The notes beneath the pieces are model-generated. The model saw only the letters and a list, made by a program, of their open reading frames with translations. It was not told where the DNA came from and searched no databases. Below are positions 34,164 through 35,403 of a stretch of DNA of 35,403 nucleotides, one piece after another (position 1 is the first letter of the stretch; every line of letters starts with the position of its first letter). The position numbers were made by a program, and so were the translations under genes. The DNA comes from a virus. Its lineage: Duplodnaviria > Caudoviricetes. The DNA lies in the IMG/VR virus record IMGVR_UViG_3300020042_002516, positions 1-35,403 of that record; one strand, written 5' to 3'.

Positions 34164-35402
34164 TTAGATGCCTGCGGCTGCAAGGCGTTTGCGAAGGTCT
34201 TGGATTTCTGCCCACATCACAGGGATAAGGGCACTTGCGTCCATCTGTTGATACACGGGCTTGCCATCGGCATCAACAGCGTCTTTCTCACCCGTGTGCG
34301 CGTAGGCAGGCACTTCGTGAGCGATGAACATTGGGCGCTCTTGTGTTGCGTCCTTCATCTTGCCCATGTAAACAGGGGTTGAATCAATTAATGCACCGCT
34401 GCCAACTACAGGGCCGCTAATGTCTTTTGCTCGGTAGTCAGAGGTCGTGTTGAATGCGGTTAAACCGGCAGCACGGTTGTATGTGATTGAACCCCGAGTT
34501 GCAAAAACAGCCTCTGTGCCAAACGTAATAAAAATATTATCGCCAGATGTTGCGGCATTCTGTAGACCCAGCGTCTGGTAGTTAAAAGTTTGGTTAATTA
34601 TTGATGCGCCATTCGCACTTGCGCTTGTTTGTTCAACAGTTAATTTAGCCCCGACTGTTGTAGTCCCCACCAGCACATTTCCTGCGGAAGTAACGTAAAA
34701 CGAATCCGCTGGCGCGCCCTTATCAACAGCAAAATATCTTGCGCCTGCCGAGTTAATTGCGTCAATAATATAAGTACCGCTTCCGGTATTTATATCAAGT
34801 CTTCCGTTATTTGTTCCAGCAACACCCACCTGCAAGTTTCCGTCGGAAGTAAAACGGGCGCGTTCTACTGGTGCGCCAGACGTAGTTCCATGCGTATAAA
34901 AAACAAGTGCCGCATTTGACGTTGTGCCGTCTGTTGTCCAATTGGTAGTTGCAATTGATGCAATCCTTGCGCCAATATTATTGTTTCCAGCAGTTACGTC
35001 ATTATCAACACCATAGAAATAGATGTTGCCAAGTACATCTCCACTCAAAATCTGTGGCGTCCCAGCTTTACTGAGACCCAAAGACAAATTACCAGTTCCA
35101 CTTGTTAAGCCTTGAACAGAGATGCCGGTAAAAGCCGCTGTGAATATTTGTGTAGTCCCAATCAGCAAATTCCCGCTGGAGTCAATACGGGCTGCATCCG
35201 CTGGCGCAGTACCCGCCACTTGGAAAGCATCGGTTGTGCCAGCAGTTCCCGCACCCTTTACTCGGAATGTGCCGTCGGAGTCAATACGGGCGCGTTGTGT
35301 GTTGTTGGTAGAAAATACAAGTGGTAACGCTGTTGTAGTGAATATCTCCGTAAAGTTTGTCGCATCTGAATACACACCCGCAGTACGAGTTGCCCCAACA
35401 CC
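34164..35402 (-). CDS. Tail fibre with C-terminal intramolecular chaperone (peptidase S74-like), N-terminus outside the window
   Basis: Repeated RARIDSxGNLLIGTT units; FNTTSDYRAK cleavage motif; FIAHEV; MDASALIPVMWAEIQDL. The frame stays open to the right edge. Confidence 0.88.
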   Translation of the reverse strand, partial: GVGATRTAGVYSDATNFTEIFTTTALPLVFSTNNTQRARIDSDGTFRVKGAGTAGTTDAFQVAGTAPADAARIDSSGNLLIGTTQIFTAAFTGISVQGLTSGTGNLSLGLSKAGTPQILSGDVLGNIYFYGVDNDVTAGNNNIGARIASIATTNWTTDGTTSNAALVFYTHGTTSGAPVERARFTSDGNLQVGVAGTNNGRLDINTGSGTYIIDAINSAGARYFAVDKGAPADSFYVTSAGNVLVGTTTVGAKLTVEQTSASANGASIINQTFNYQTLGLQNAATSGDNIFITFGTEAVFATRGSITYNRAAGLTAFNTTSDYRAKDISGPVVGSGALIDSTPVYMGKMKDATQERPMFIAHEVPAYAHTGEKDAVDADGKPVYQQMDASALIPVMWAEIQDLRKRLAAAGI

Positions 35403-35403
35403 A

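Noticed and set aside
34164-35403. Diversity-generating retroelement targeting the tail fibre
   Set aside because: No reverse transcriptase or adenine-variant repeat pair is visible in the window.

Overview
This window is most of the genome of a tailed dsDNA phage, probably short-tailed (P22-like adaptor, nozzle and ejection-protein layout). It is cut at both ends, and no portal, major capsid, integrase, CI repressor, tRNA or CRISPR is visible. Divergent promoters at ~14.7 kb drive a leftward arm (Cro/YdaS-like, DUF1376 replication protein, primase Zn-finger, SF4 helicase, PAPS-reductase family, RusA, Ref-like HNH, many small genes, terminase small and large) and a short rightward arm (SSB-like, HTH, PD-(D/E)XK nuclease). 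The rightward arm converges at a terminator with a minus-strand virion/lysis block (tail fibre with S74 chaperone, holins, M15 endolysin, adaptor, nozzle, four ejection-type proteins including an SLT). Four features stand out. (1) A >648 aa ORF missing from the ORF track (<2..1945) strings an ADP-ribosyltransferase and a ParB/Srx-like domain between repeated x-x-x-GG linkers; the same motif clusters before a 'GPGDGQSDDIPAMLADGEFV' domain in the giant ejection protein, suggesting a GG-tag processing or cargo-loading system. (2) The tail nozzle has an A-A-A-B-B-B, apparently nested, domain insertion. (3) A ~350 nt densely structured non-coding region with a potential kissing loop follows terL. 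(4) Two dispersed palindromic operator families occur. All protein family calls come from motif recognition by eye, not from database searches.
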